From assembly GCA_951406725.2 (NCBI GenBank), contig OX597828.1:33108001-33172000 (forward strand): a stretch of 64,000 nt of DNA. The letters are read 5' to 3'. The stretch's first letter is position 1. Each line of letters opens with the position of its first letter. The position numbers and the translations under genes were made by a program. This DNA comes from Octopus vulgaris. Lineage: Eukaryota. A model generated the notes under the pieces. The model saw only the letters and a program-made list of their open reading frames with translations. It did no database searches and had not been told where the DNA came from. This document shows, one piece after another, positions 27,915 through 41,801 of the stretch.

Positions 27915-28138
27915 TATACTGCCCAGAAGGGGCTAAACATAGAGGGGACAAACAAAGACAGACGAAGGGATTGAGTGGATTATATCGCCCCCAGTGCGAA
28001 ACTGGTACTTTATTTATCGACCCTGAAAGGATGAAAGGCAAAGTTGACCTTAGCGGAATTTGAACTCAGAACGTAACGACAGACGAAATACCGCTAAGCA
28101 TTTCGCCCGGCGCGCTAACGTGTCTGCTAGCTCGCCGT
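27915..28138 (-). mobile_element. SINE family B
   Basis: Reverse copy matching 61734-61961. Confidence 0.85.
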
Positions 28139-29299
28139 GCTTATCAATATAGAAAGAAAAAAGGTAATGTAATCCTTGGACGCGCTTTCACTTAGATTTA
28201 AGTCCCAAACATACGTCACTAAATATAGAGCAGCATAGTTAGCAACTCTAAAATATGTGGAGATGGAGAAGTAACCATTAGTCGCATTATCTCTACCTGT
28301 ACAACCTTAGCCATTGAAAAATTCCCTCCACTGAAAAAGACAGAGTCAAGACTAGCATTCAATGAAAGTTGAGCTAAACCTATGAAACAGCAGAGTGGAG
28401 ATTGTACAGCAATACCAATGAATTCCTCAGAGAAAGGCAAAGTAATCAAACTCTGGGAAATCACACAATAAGAATAAGACCAAACGATGACAATAACAAC
28501 AACGATAATGGCAATAATAAGAAAAATAAGTAAGACAAGGACAATATTGATATTACTAACAATAACTGCAACGATTATGACTATAACAAAAGCTACAATT
28601 TATATAACATTAAAGAATGGCGTGTTCGTTCAAGGATGTTTGTGTAAATATTGACTTTAATCTTATACAATTTAGTTATCACAAATGTTGACAATGATCT
28701 GTAAACACGTGTAAGCAAAACCTCTGACCACAGTCTATTTAAACATTAAGCCGTCTCCTTTTGCTTGCACAAAAGTCATAAAGAATACAAAAGATCAAAT
28801 GAGTACTTTGAACTTAATGCATAAAAAATGAAAAAAATACGAAAAATTGATTGTACAAATTTCAGCAACACCCGAAATGGATACAAATGACACCCTACAA
28901 AAATGTTGATATAACTGATAGGTTTGGTGACCTTTCTCTTCGATTCTCACCTATATAACAACACATTTGACACAAAGAAATTCTGTTCCTATCTTACATG
29001 CATATCTTACATTCGCAATTTTACAATATTCGCTTATGAATTTTCCGGAAAAAAATTCCCATTTTCAAAACATAAACTTTGTCGCGATTTATAGAGCAAA
29101 ATTAAGATATACTTTCAAAGTCAAAAAGAAAAATCAATCTATCACAAATTGAAATAGAAACCATTAGATAGAAAATACATCAGTGAAATCCAAACGATAA
29201 ATACAAAGCAAACTATGAAAATAAAATTATTGTTGAAAAAGTTAACATGTGCACATGAGACAACGCAAGGAATCTAACAACAACCAAAACTTAAAATAT

Positions 29300-31900
29300 T
29301 TATATAAAACTGACGGACAAAATCTGAACTAAAACCATACATTCAAAACTATAAATAAAAATTGATATAGGATGATTTAAACATCAGAGAATTCTGTAGT
29401 CAGAAGTTATGAAAATCTATGTGGAAATAATTAAAGAATTAAAATCAATAGAATTTCTCTTGGTGCACCGATGTTAATACTTCCCACGGATAAATCTCAT
29501 AGATTTTACAGCCAAATAACATAACATCTTAAACCTGCCCATGGCGGATACAATGCAAATAGTCATGCATCTAAAATGAAACAAAATAATCCACGAAACA
29601 ACCACGACATGAACAAAGAAATAAATGGACTATAGTCCAATAAATCTCTTCATATGAGATTATAAAAACGCAGTGAAGGAAAGAAGTAAATAAGTATAGA
29701 GAAAATATAGAAACATTTTCCAAAATTTAACGAGGTCAAACATAAAGGAACAAAAATCAAAAATAAGAAGAGGCAAATTCTACAGAACGGAAAAGAAATT
29801 TCCAGAAGCTAAAGAACCTACACAGACATCTTTGCTAAATCACGACTATATACAGCGGTTTGAAAAAACGACTATTATTTGAACAAATGACAAACTTTGG
29901 CACTGATCTCAAGCGATTTTGTCAAGTAGTAATAAGAAGAAATAAAATAGAAATCGATGCATCGATGCAAGAGGTTAGTGTGGTGAAGTATGTTACGAAG
30001 TGTACCTTAACAACACACGAAACAAGAATGTTACCATCTCAAACTTAAAATATTTTAGAAGAGTACAATGAAGTAGAATAATGAAGGTTAATAAAATATT
30101 GAAGAGGCTGAAGAGATCATTCCATAGGTTCACAGACAAAGAAAAACATCTTAATACGTGACACAAATGAAAAGACATATTAAAAGCCACAGAAACCACC
30201 AAAAACATTTGATAAATGAAAATATCAAGTCATCCCATAAGTTTTGTCCGAATTTTGAATAGAGCAAAACAAGTGATCAAATGTTATATTTAACTGAAAT
30301 TTAATCATCATTGTACTTTCCCTGATTATCTATGACTTCCTTCCATCTATTTACAAGCATTTTAATCCAATCAATGTAAAACTCTTTTGGTTTCAAAGCG
30401 AAGAACTCTGAAATTTCGACCTCCTCATGGCTTGCAAAAGTTATGTCCCCCAAATGATTCTGTATACTATGAAACAAATGGTAGTCTGAAGCAGTAGGGT
30501 CGGAAGAATAAGGTGCATGGGGAATTTTTCCCAACCAAGCTCTTCGATCTTCTGTGATGTGATCTTTGCATTGTAGGTTGGCGCTTTGTCCAGATGAAAC
30601 ATCACTACTTTTTGATTCACTAAAGCGGGTCTTTTTTTCTTTAAAGCTTGTTCCAAACACTCTAATTGCTGACAGTAGACTTGAGCATTGATGTTGCATT
30701 GGGTGGTAACAATTCAAAGTGAATTACTCCTTTGCAATCTCACCAGATAGAGAGAAGAACTTTTTTCCATGAAATTCCCTTTTCGGTTGTGGTCAAGCTT
30801 TTTCCCTTTTACCAAGCCACTGTTTACAATGTTTAACATTTTGATAGAAGATCCATTGTTTGTCACATGTCACAAGTCTATCGAAAAACGGTTAAATGAG
30901 TTCGCGAGAATGGAGAGAATTGTAGATGTCAACTTGAGATTTGCGGTTGTTTTCAGACAATTCATGAGGCACCCATTTTCCAAGTTTAGGGACCTTTCCA
31001 AGTTGTTGAAGACGACGATGAACATTTGTATGTTTTGAACTACGCTTTATTGCCAATTCTTCAACTGATAATGCAGGATTTTCTTTACCTTATGCCTCAA
31101 GGAGTTTATCATCAAACTCAACTGGACGTCCTGTTCGATCTTCAACTTCAAGGCTGAAATCTCCACTTCTGAATTTTGCAAACCATCTTCTGCAAGTTCT
31201 TTCATTCAAGCATTCTTTCCCATAAACTGAGCGTATGTTTCGAGTCGCTTTCGCTGCAGAGTTTCCTTTTTTGTACTCATAAAGCATTATGTGTGTGAAA
31301 TACTCTTTGGATACTTTTAATTCTATTATCCTGTGAAACAATATTTAATTAGTTTAAACGTACAAAAATGCATAAACGTAATAATTAGACATTCTAAAAT
31401 ACTATTAAATTTCATTCAAATTTTAAAATAGTAATATCGGACAGAACTTATGGGATGACTTGATACATTTATAAATGGCAGAATATGTCAAGACTGAGTA
31501 ATGCAATTAACCGCATTGTCCGTGGCTGACCAGTCTGAATTGAAAAGGAATAAGTATATCAGTTCAGGAAATTGTGCCAACTTAAGGAAAGGCCTATAGA
31601 AAACGAATGGTTATAGTATACACTTTAAAATTCTTTAAAAAGAATGATTAAGTGACTTTAATTTGGGATATGCCATTTCTTAAATACTGGCAAATGATAT
31701 CTAATCGAACGGATATCTTTATCAAACCCCACCAGGTTTCTACTACATAATTGAATAAAATACCAATTAAACGAAATATCAGATGCGGCAGGCAATTTGT
31801 CAGGAAAGTATATACAGATATGAAGCAAACCTAAAATAGAGATATCTGGAATGTGGTGACTGAAGGTAGAAACAATCTGTGTAAAAACTAGGTGGTTTAG
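29300..31900 (+). mobile_element. Highly decayed CR1/L2-like LINE, interrupted by a mariner
   Basis: A-rich sense strand; RLKRSFHRFTDKEKHL (~30100) continues after the mariner with ...NIRCGRQFV (~31780), resembling the CR1-group RT C-terminus; boundaries vague. Confidence 0.4.
30225..31463 (-). mobile_element. Full-length mariner (DD34D) transposon, transposase inactivated
   Basis: TIRs tcaagtcatcccataagttttgtccga / tcggacagaacttatgggatgacttga with TA TSD. HTH RRWFAKFRSGDFSLEVEDRTGRP, FHLDKAPTY and HAPYSSDPTASDYHLF are present; frameshifted. Confidence 0.93.
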
Positions 31901-33988
31901 TATCTTAAAAAAAAAACACAATATGGAAAGCCATACAAAACCAATGGCACACAAGCAACAAAAATGCACATAAAATTATTGCACTCACTAAGTGAAGTAC
32001 TTCTAACAGAAAAAGCAGTGCCATACCAAAAAAAAAACACTGTGCTACACAGCGAATACAAGCAAGGAAATTAGACTACTAAAAATACTGCGTGTTATTG
32101 GCCACATGTTGCTAAATTAAAATTCCAAAACAGTTGAGTATTAGCATCTAGTAAAAATATTAAATCGACTCTTCCTAAAGAATCCAGTTCTTGGAGATTT
32201 ATTCATTCAAACATGGTATCGTCTGAGCCAGATTTTCATCTGTTTTTGAATTCGGGTAGATTTATTTTTTGTCCTCACTTAGTGCTGCTATAACTGAGTA
32301 AGTTTGTCATGAGCTCCTTTAAAGCCATTAAATTTGTAGTGAGCTCCATTGTCCTCCAGACAACAATGACATTGAGAAAGAGCTTACTGTTCCTGTGTTA
32401 TTGTTCTCCTTATAAGGGAATCGTTGTGTCTGTTTTGTTTATTGAATCTATTTGCTCTCGTAATACTTTTCTTTTCTGTTACTGTTATAATTCTTCATCT
32501 TCTCACTCCCTATTTTGCACTTCCCTTGGCTTTTCTTTTTGTTCTTATTCTTATTCTTATTATTGTTTTTGTTGTTGACCAGAATAAAGATTCATTTATT
32601 TTGTCCCTTTCATTTTTTTTTTTTTTTTGTGAGTTTTCCTGCGATTTGGGAGCCTGGATAGGTGGTTTCTTCTGTTCCATTTGTCCTCAGGATTTCTTAA
32701 CATTTCCATGCTCTGCATTTCTCCCACTTAAACGTTAAACGGCGTGATAGGGATGCATGAAATGATCAAAAACAAAACATGTGACTTATTTTCTTAAGGG
32801 CAATATTTTGATGTTTATTTCCCCTATAATTTTAGATTGTCGCATAATAAAATTCAGAATCTCGTTATCGAAAATGCCATAAAATATTCAATTTCCTTCG
32901 CATCTAGCGCGAGCATAACTGCATTTGAGCTTTTTGCATTGTTAGTGTCAAACGAATATAGACATGCAGAAAAACCGACGCTGTTTTTCCATCCAGGATT
33001 TTGTCCTAACCAGAGCAACAGTGTAAATCTTCCATTTGCAATTTAACGAAGCAACCGCTCGAGTATCACTGGTATCAACTATGATGGTAGTATCTGTGTA
33101 AAATGTTTGAAACATCAGTTGTTGATATATTCTGTTTAAGGATTAACGCTGACAATCTCGCTACCGTTCATATTTGTAAAAGCGAAGGATTTGAAGATTT
33201 ATGACAATATTTGTCTAAGCAGATTCCTGTGTGCTTGTGCAATCGTCTTTATTTTTTATTTTTGTTTTTGTAGGGTGTGTGTGGTTTCATTGTTGTTTTT
33301 CTGGGGTTTTGAGTTTTGGGATGGGGGTTTGCTGCAATAGATTCTACATATCTCCATTCCTTGTACATTCATTTCCCGCTTTCCATTAAATATTTACCTC
33401 TTACTGCCATCGCTTTATTTTCGTGTTGATAATATGTGTGTGTGTGTATGTATGTGTGTGTGTGTGCGTGTGTGTGTGTCTGTGTGCATTCTTTTATTGA
33501 GTGTAGACACCATTATCTATTTGTATACCAGATTATTGTAATCTTGACTGAGATAATAATTTCTGATAATATTTCATTTACTGTCGCGTACAAGATTATG
33601 CAATGTAAAATATTGTTAATATCATTAAACCATTTATTTAAGGACGGTGGATTGGTAAATCTTCACAGCGTCGGACAACAGATCATTGCTCTATTTCTTC
33701 TACACGTTTATGCTTTGAGTTCGAGCACAATTGGGGTAAAATTCGTCTCTCGTCCTTCGGGATCCGACACAATAAGGTAACAAATACCATAGACGTTCTG
33801 ATCGAATGCCGATCTGTGATAAGATGCAGAGGACTAATATGGTATGTTCCACTGTTAGATAATGCCACAAACCAGGTCACTACACTTCTGATATATCAGC
33901 ATTATTTTTCTGTGACACAGTATATTACTGCCAGCTGAGCTCACCTTCATGCTGCCAACCACTCATACATTCATACACACACAAACAT

Positions 33989-34049
<61 letters not shown>

Positions 34050-34053
<4 letters not shown>

Positions 34054-34605
34054 AGAATTATAGAAATTATTATTACCAGTGCTTTCCTATTTGGAAGCCT
34101 CTTAATGTGTCTTAATGCACACGATATTTTTTTTGTGAATAATGTATAGTCTATTGACTAATTTTTTCTGCTAGACAACTGGTAATAATAATTTCTATAA
34201 TTCTTATTACTCTAATATTATTTATTATGTTTAAATATTTTTTGATAGATTTGTTCGAAATTTTATCGGCATCCCCTCTGTCGCCGGGAACAAACTGCAT
34301 CACCGCAGTGGTTTTGAAAAGTCAGGATATACAAGCAGCTAGTGTACTTGCGAATCTTGTTGTGTGTATATTTGAAATCTAAAGGCTCCCTACTGACGAA
34401 AACGAGCCTCAGTGAATATTTTTTTACTGGAATGAGTTAGAAACCATGGCCTAGGAACTAAATTAGATGGTATACGTTTTAATCCTTTCGAGAATTTATC
34501 CCTAATTAGTGGTCTGAGTTTTTTACTCTCTTTCTAGCACAAGGCTTTCCATTTTGGAAGCCTCTTAATGCGACTTAATGAACACGATATTTTGTAAGTG
34601 AATAT
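34050..34605 (+). mobile_element. Penelope/retrozyme-like non-autonomous element: partial tandem with hammerhead-like motif
   Basis: ~60-bp direct repeat at 34081-34140 and 34544-34603; hammerhead-like core at 34389-34455; flanked by TA/TG microsatellites. Confidence 0.55.
34389..34455 (+). ncRNA. Degenerate type I hammerhead ribozyme-like motif
   Basis: ccta-CTGACGA-(stem II)-GAAAC-catg-gcc-tagg; stem I ccta/tagg; palindromic catg loop III; cleavage triplet GCC rather than GUC. Confidence 0.5.
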
Positions 34606-34666
34606 ATATATGTGTGTGTGTGTGTGTGAGTTTTGTGTATGTGTGTGTTCCTGTGTGTATGTGTGT

Positions 34667-34715
<49 letters not shown>

Positions 34716-34725
34716 ATATTTTCAT

Positions 34726-35133
34726 AGGTGCAGGAGTGGCTGTGTGGTACGTAGCTTGTCTACCAACCACATGGCTCCAGATTCAGTGCCACTGCGGGGC
34801 ACCTTGGGCAAGGTCTTCTACTATAGCCTCGGGCCGACCAAAGCCTTGTGAGTTGATTTGGTAGACGGAAACTGAAAGAAGCCCGTCGTATATATGTATA
34901 TATAGATATATATATATATGCATGTGTGTGTTTGTGTGTATGTGTTTGTCCCCTAGCATTGCTTGACAACCGATGCTGGTGTGTTTATGTCCCCGTTACT
35001 TAACGGTTCGGCAAAAGAGACCGATAGAATAAGTACTGGGCTTACAAAACAATAAGTCCCGGGGTCGAGTTGCTCGATTAAAGGCGGTGCTCCAGCATGG
35101 CCGCAGTCAAATGACTGAAACAAGTAAAAGAGT
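34726..35133 (+). mobile_element. SINE family A, full length
   Basis: Complete head, internal microsatellite and ..gactgaaacaagtaaaaga tail. Confidence 0.9.
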
Positions 35134-35309
35134 ATTCGACTCCATGTAAATTAAGGTTTCGTAGACTCATTACACAAATCTAGTTTTTTGGTCTCAGGCA
35201 ACGAGAGACGCTCGTGTAATCAGACAACGAGGCTAATCAAGTTTATTCAATATGTACAACTCCCACCAAACGAGTTGAGTGCCTTCGTCTTTCGATTGTG
35301 CACTCCCTC

Positions 35310-35620
<311 letters not shown>

Positions 35621-35759
35621 ATCTTGATGTAAGGAGCACTGCCATTACGTCGCTAGCTGTTTACTGGTGTTGTATGCGAAGAGCACAGTCTTTCTACAAA
35701 TAAGATTCCTACCCTTCGTTGTATTTCATGATCTCAGTATATATGACCAAAAAATTGTT

Positions 35760-36700
35760 TCGATGACACATTGATGCGGGAACGGAAACTTTGACATCAA
35801 CTGTATAACGATAAGCTTCAGGGACAATATGGTATAGTTAGATGTTATATGATCATAAAAAACTGTCTAACATCCATTTTCAGGTTACATGATCTCTGTT
35901 AGATGGTGCTGGGTGTTGCTAAAAAGCGTATAGAAGTACATTGCGTCTTTCATCCAAACAGAGGTTAACACCTATTTCCAGCAACATTAATTCTAATACT
36001 TTGTGGAAAGATTTGAGGTAACATAGCATGATCTTCATTGCTCACCATTACTAAAACCGTCATAATTGATGGAAACTCTGTGTGCATCACCCTGGGGAGA
36101 AAAGAATGTTATGCTCATAAGATTCTATCACTTCTCTTGTAAGGCTTTTGGCCTTTGTCGCAGGTTTTCGCATCTGAGAAGAACCAACGCATGCCATATT
36201 CGTGAGAGTTTTAACCGTGTTATTAAGTAACTGTTAGCCACGGGTCAAAAGGTTTCCCGTACCTGCAGACAGGAATTGCATTGATTTCAGTTCGTATCAC
36301 TTGTATGAGATATCCTCACACACAAAATTTCTGTACATCTACATACAAAGTTCTTTAGGGATGGCCATCATTCATTTTCTGGAATCATGATCGATTGTTT
36401 TGAACACGTTCGATGAATTTATAATGCTCTTATGGTGACCGAATATTTAGACTTTTTTCTCTCTTTGATAGAGTTAAAACATTCCCTCGAGAAGCTTTCA
36501 GTTCTAACCAATTTTTTTACACTAGATCTAGCAACACATTAAGTTTGAAATTTCTAAATCGCTGTGTTCCACATATATGTTGACAAGATTTCATACATTT
36601 TCATGCCTTGCACTAGCATTTTAAATGCTCTGGGGATTGTGGAATAGATTAAAAGTCTTTTAAAGATTAAATGATGAATAAATAAACTTCGCACCCTGTA
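35760..36700 (-). mobile_element. Decayed maT/DD37D Tc1-mariner relic
   Basis: Minus strand HTEFPSIMTVLVMVSNEDHAMLPQIFPQSIRINVA (cf. HTKFPASVMVLGVVSNEGHVMPPHFFPQGLRVNA); terminal tacagggtg at ~36700. Confidence 0.6.
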
Positions 36701-38982
36701 AAAGTTGGAGTACAGTGTTAGACTATTATTTTATTTGAATGATTCCAGACAGATAAAAGAGTGCATATCTGACCTTAGAGGGATTTGAACGAAGAAGGTA
36801 AAATCTTAAGATATATTCTTTGAATTATATTCTCTCCTCGCATGATTCTGCCAAGCCCACCGCTCTTGTGTATTATTTTGATATCACACTATTTATTATA
36901 TAAAAACAAATTCACTGATAATTTAGAAGTTGTTTCAAATCTGTTAACAATGTTTGTCAGAGTTGCTGCATTTTGGATGTTGTTTTCAGAGATTTTGCTT
37001 CCAGTATGTATTGTATGTATATGTGGTTTTAACCGGTTCAATAATCTAATAATAATGTTTAAATCTTTAAAAAACAAGCTCGTTGTTTTGTGTAAAGAAG
37101 AGAATATAGGAAGGAAATTAAACCTATATTGCGCATGTGTGTGTATGTATATGTATGTGTGTGCGTGTGTCTGTTTATGTGTGTGTGTATGTGTTATATG
37201 TGCTTAATGGGGAAATGCTAGCAAGGTTATTGTTAAGAGGAGGTCACTATAACTTTATTGATGTGTACATAAAAATATTGTTATATATATATATAATACA
37301 TTGAAGAATTCCAAACATTCTTTTATATAAAAATGTATGCCTTCGATATTTCAGGAATGTTTGGTTTCGTATTTAAGAATACCATTGCTGGCATAATATG
37401 TAGTAAGGTATTTGTTTTTTGGTGGGCGAAAGGAAATCACCTGTGTGTGCTAATGCGGTGTTTTCTTGTCCTATATTTAAATCAATACCAATTTCCCATT
37501 TGCATAACCTACAAGAAAAGAAAATTATTTTAAAAATACTGCTTTTTCTAAATGGCACCAGCTGAGATTGTAGATTATAAAAAATGTTCACTAAACACGT
37601 GTCCAATCTTGATTGCGGTGTGGTAATGTATATTTATGTTTCACATATTTCAGCTTTAATTTATTTGTTGCCACACTGATGTAATCTATTCTGTCTGCTT
37701 AATGTTAAATATGACAGTAAGTGCATATATAACTAGTTTTCCGAGTCATTTGACATTTACTGGGCATACGTTCAATAAATTACTACAGCAAATTAGGTTG
37801 CTAATAAAATTTGTGTTCTGATAATTGGAAGTATTCGTTATTTATTTTTTCCGTATAATTAACGGTTGTTATGGTGTTAGCAAACTTATTTAAAGTTGCC
37901 TCGCTATTTTCAATGAACTTGAGATGAAAATCTTCTGATCATGGCGGAATGTGGAAATTTGCAACATATAGGAAATTCTTTTGCTGATAATGAGATAACA
38001 TTGATTAAAAAAACCTATAGTTGAAATCATGCGTCCTTTCTTTTCCACTTGTTTGTTATGTTTGTGATATTTCGCTCTTCGTGTATCATTTCTGTTTCAA
38101 AGAGGTCGGCAATAAATGTCCTTCACGCCAAAGTCTGAAAACTCAAGAATTTTGTGAAAAACATATAGCCATGGTTTTGAATTTCCTTCTACTGATTTAT
38201 TTACTGTTTACTCAGCTTGTTTCCTGCTCTTCTGCGTTCTTTAACACTTAGGCAGGTGGGATGACCCCCGTCACATCAGGGTCGTTACACCTGTGGGACA
38301 CACGAATCCTACATGTGTTAGCCACAGGAATATTTCCTGGTATTTGACCCATTTTGGAGCTCTTGACAGGTATTATTACCGCAGGCTGTAATGGATATGG
38401 GAGTAGTGGTGACTGAAGTTTAACTTCATATTCCCCAGATTACTTACATCCAAGCTGGAGTCCCACCGACATATGCAGTTAATGTTTTACTGAGAATAGC
38501 AGAGAACAGCTATTACAGCTATTGAATATAACAGCTATTTAATGAGTTGTATGAATCCGCTAGATACTAACTGAATCATTGTATGCATATTGCTCTTCTA
38601 TTAAATGCGGTTGGTCATCAGTTAATTAAAGATGCTCTTAGCGAAGTGCGTGAGTATATTTTTGGGAAAGCACGTAATCTTTAGCATCAGATGTACATGT
38701 AGGACTCAACCATTTTTGTTGTCGAAGTTTGTTTCCGACAAGGTTAGATGGTGCATTTGGAAATTGACTATTTGCAACTGCTACATACTTTAAATTTTAA
38801 ACTGCAATTCGTGCATTTATTGTCCATTAGTAATTTTTAGGAAATTAGTAAGCTGTAATCTCAATAAATTCCGCGGTTAATAGATTGCAATTTGTTGCAT
38901 ATTAAGCACAATATATACAATCCAGTCGGGTTTTCATCACTAATTATCTGTATTGTTATTGTATTCATATATTGATAATGAG

Positions 38983-39478
38983 TGGAGACGCAATGGCCCA
39001 GTGGTTAGGGCAGCGTACTCGCGGTTGGCGGATCGCGGTTTCGATTCCTAGACCGGGCATTGTGAGTGTTTATTGAGCGAAAACACCTAAAGCACCGCGA
39101 GGCACCGGCAGGGCATGGTGGTGAACCCTGCTGTACTCTTTCACCACAACTTTCTCTCACTCTTTGTTTCTGTTCTACTTGTATTTCAAAGGGCCAGTCT
39201 TGTCACACTCTACGTCATGCTGAATCTCGCCGAGAACTACGTTAAGGGTACACTGTGGAGTGCTCAGCCTCTTGCACGTTAATAAATGAGCTGCGACGTC
39301 ACTGGTGCCAAGCTGTATCGGCCTTTGCCTTTCCCTTGAATAACATCGGTGGCATGGAGATGGGCGGCTGCTATGCGTGGGTGACTGCTGGTCTTCCAAA
39401 AACAACCTTGTCCTGAGTTGTGTCTCGGAGGGTAACTTTCTAGGAGCAATCCCATGGTCATTCATGACCGAAGGGGCT
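38983..39478 (+). mobile_element. tRNA-derived SINE family C
   Basis: A-box tggcccagtgg and B-box ggtttcgattcc in the head; GC-richer body; related degraded head at ~46895. Confidence 0.75.
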
Positions 39479-39645
39479 CACAACAATATTGATAATGAAG
39501 ATAATCGATTTTCTTGCAAGCATTAATATTTGTTATTTTATATAATGGTAGAGGGGTCATTATATATATGCATGTATGTATTATGTATGTATGATTTGTG
39601 CGTGTGCGCGCACACACACACAAACACAAACACACACACACATAG

Positions 39646-39678
<33 letters not shown>

Positions 39679-39860
39679 GGTATAACCGGTTATACGCATC
39701 TGACACAAGCGTTAAGCAAGTTCAGAGTGCAATGTGAATTGATGGAAACTCAAAATTGACTGCGAAATGAAATAGCTCCGCAATATATATGTCAGCATTT
39801 ATGCATTTTTTTATTGTTTAACCAAAGGTAAACTACGAGATCACATCATTCAGGATGTTC

Positions 39861-40225
39861 AAGGCGTAGAGCTGGCAGAAACGTTAGCACGCGGGGCAAA
39901 ATTCTTAGCGGTCTGCCTTACGTTCTGAGTTCAAATTACGCCGAGGTCGAGTTTGCCTTTCATCCTTTCGGGGTCGATTAAATAAGTATCAGTTACGCGC
40001 TGGGTCGATGTAATCGACTTAATCCGTGTGTCTGTCCCCTCTGTGTTTAGCCTCTTGTGTGTAGTAAAGAAATAGGTATTTACGTTCTCGTTCAAATTCC
40101 GAAGAGTTCGACTTTGCCTTTCATCCTTCCGGGGTCAATAAATTAAGTACCAGCTGCATACTGGGTCCACCTAATCGACTGGTACCATCCCCGAAAACCT
40201 CGGGCCTTGTGCCTAAAGTAGAAAA
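39861..40225 (+). mobile_element. SINE family B with internally duplicated core
   Basis: Core gttcaaatt..cgagtttgcctttcatcct..ggggtc occurs twice (~39925 and ~40085). Confidence 0.8.
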
Positions 40226-40679
40226 TATTGTTCAGGATGTTCAGACTTTTTTTAAGAATGTAAAAACGGAGGGAGATTTGACACAGGTTTTTTAAGGTAG
40301 CACATTATGAAATAAGCTAATCAGTATTCCTGAAATAACAGTATGTTATCTGAGCGGGAACTTTTTCTGTATTTACGGCTACATAATCTGGTTTAATCTT
40401 TAGAATCGGCAGAACTTCACTTTTTCGCACTTCATTTACATTTACGTGTGCATGCTGTTTGTTTTACATGTTAGTTTTATCTCTAAAAACTATATATAAG
40501 TGTGTGAGCGTGTGTGTGTGTGTGTGTGTATCTATATATGTATATATCTGTGTGTATGTATGTATATATCTGTAAATAGCTAGAGGCGATGGCCTCTTGG
40601 AGCTAATCAACGGCAGCATTCTTCCTATATTTCTGGACTGCCATATTAGTTGGCGAAAACTATATATATATATATATAT

Positions 40680-40846
40680 AAATTCTCTCCTTTTTTCTCT
40701 CCTTGTTTTTTTTGTGTCCCTTTCTGTAGAAGAGCATAGGCTCGAAACATAAAAGACTTTTTCTATTCCTGGGCGTTATACTAATACATCTGTTTGTTTT
40801 GTACACCACCTGTCTTCGTTTTTTGTTTTTTTCGTAAACTCTCCCT
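40680..40846 (+). mobile_element. Penelope-like tail fragment with degenerate hammerhead-like motif
   Basis: ctgtaga-a-gagc-atag-gctc-gaaac at ~40724-40748; embedded in (TA)n; inverted partial copy at 41661-41746. Confidence 0.5.
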
Positions 40847-40874
40847 ATATATATATATATATATATATATACAT

Positions 40875-40908
<34 letters not shown>

Positions 40909-41082
40909 ACAAATATATATCTATATATACAAATATATATATATAAATACATATATATATATATGCATACATACATATATATATATAAATATAAATATAT
41001 ATATATATACATATATATATAAAATGGCGGTGCCCCAGCATGGCCACAGCTCATTAGCTGAAACTGGAAAAATCAAAAAAAT

Positions 41083-41130
<48 letters not shown>

Positions 41131-41505
41131 TATATATGAACAAACATTAAATAGAGAAAGTCAATTGACAATCCAATAATTCATTTATGTTATAATGTAG
41201 CATAATATACTATAAACTAATATAACATTAAAAAAATCATTCAAAAACCAAAACGGCCAACAACTTGTTTCCATTAATATACATTATTGGATTTATAAGC
41301 AATACATCTCCATTTTTATAAGTCTCTTCATAGCTTTGGTTTATAGGTAGACGAAGCCAAATTATTGGATTGTCGAATGAATCCCTCTATTAAATTTATT
41401 GTTTGTAATTTGCATTAGGCGCATATCTATGTTGCATTCAAGAGACGTAACAGTGAACTGGATGTATTACACACCCCTTTGAAGGGATTCCTTTCCTTTG
41501 CTTGT

Positions 41506-41640
<135 letters not shown>

Positions 41641-41801
41641 GCGTATGTATGTATGTATGTATAACGGGAAGCTTTATGAAAATAAACAAAAGACGAAGGC
41701 AGGTGGAATACAAACAAACAATTATATTAGTATGGCGCTCAGGAATATAATTTATACATTGTATGTATGTATATATGCATGTATGTATGTATGTATGTAT
41801 A

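Noticed and set aside
32150-33150. Purine-rich minus-strand ORF1-like relic
   Set aside because: No motif identifiable with confidence
38983-39060. tRNA gene
   Set aside because: The A/B boxes run into a ~430-bp body without a proper cloverleaf, so it is a SINE head
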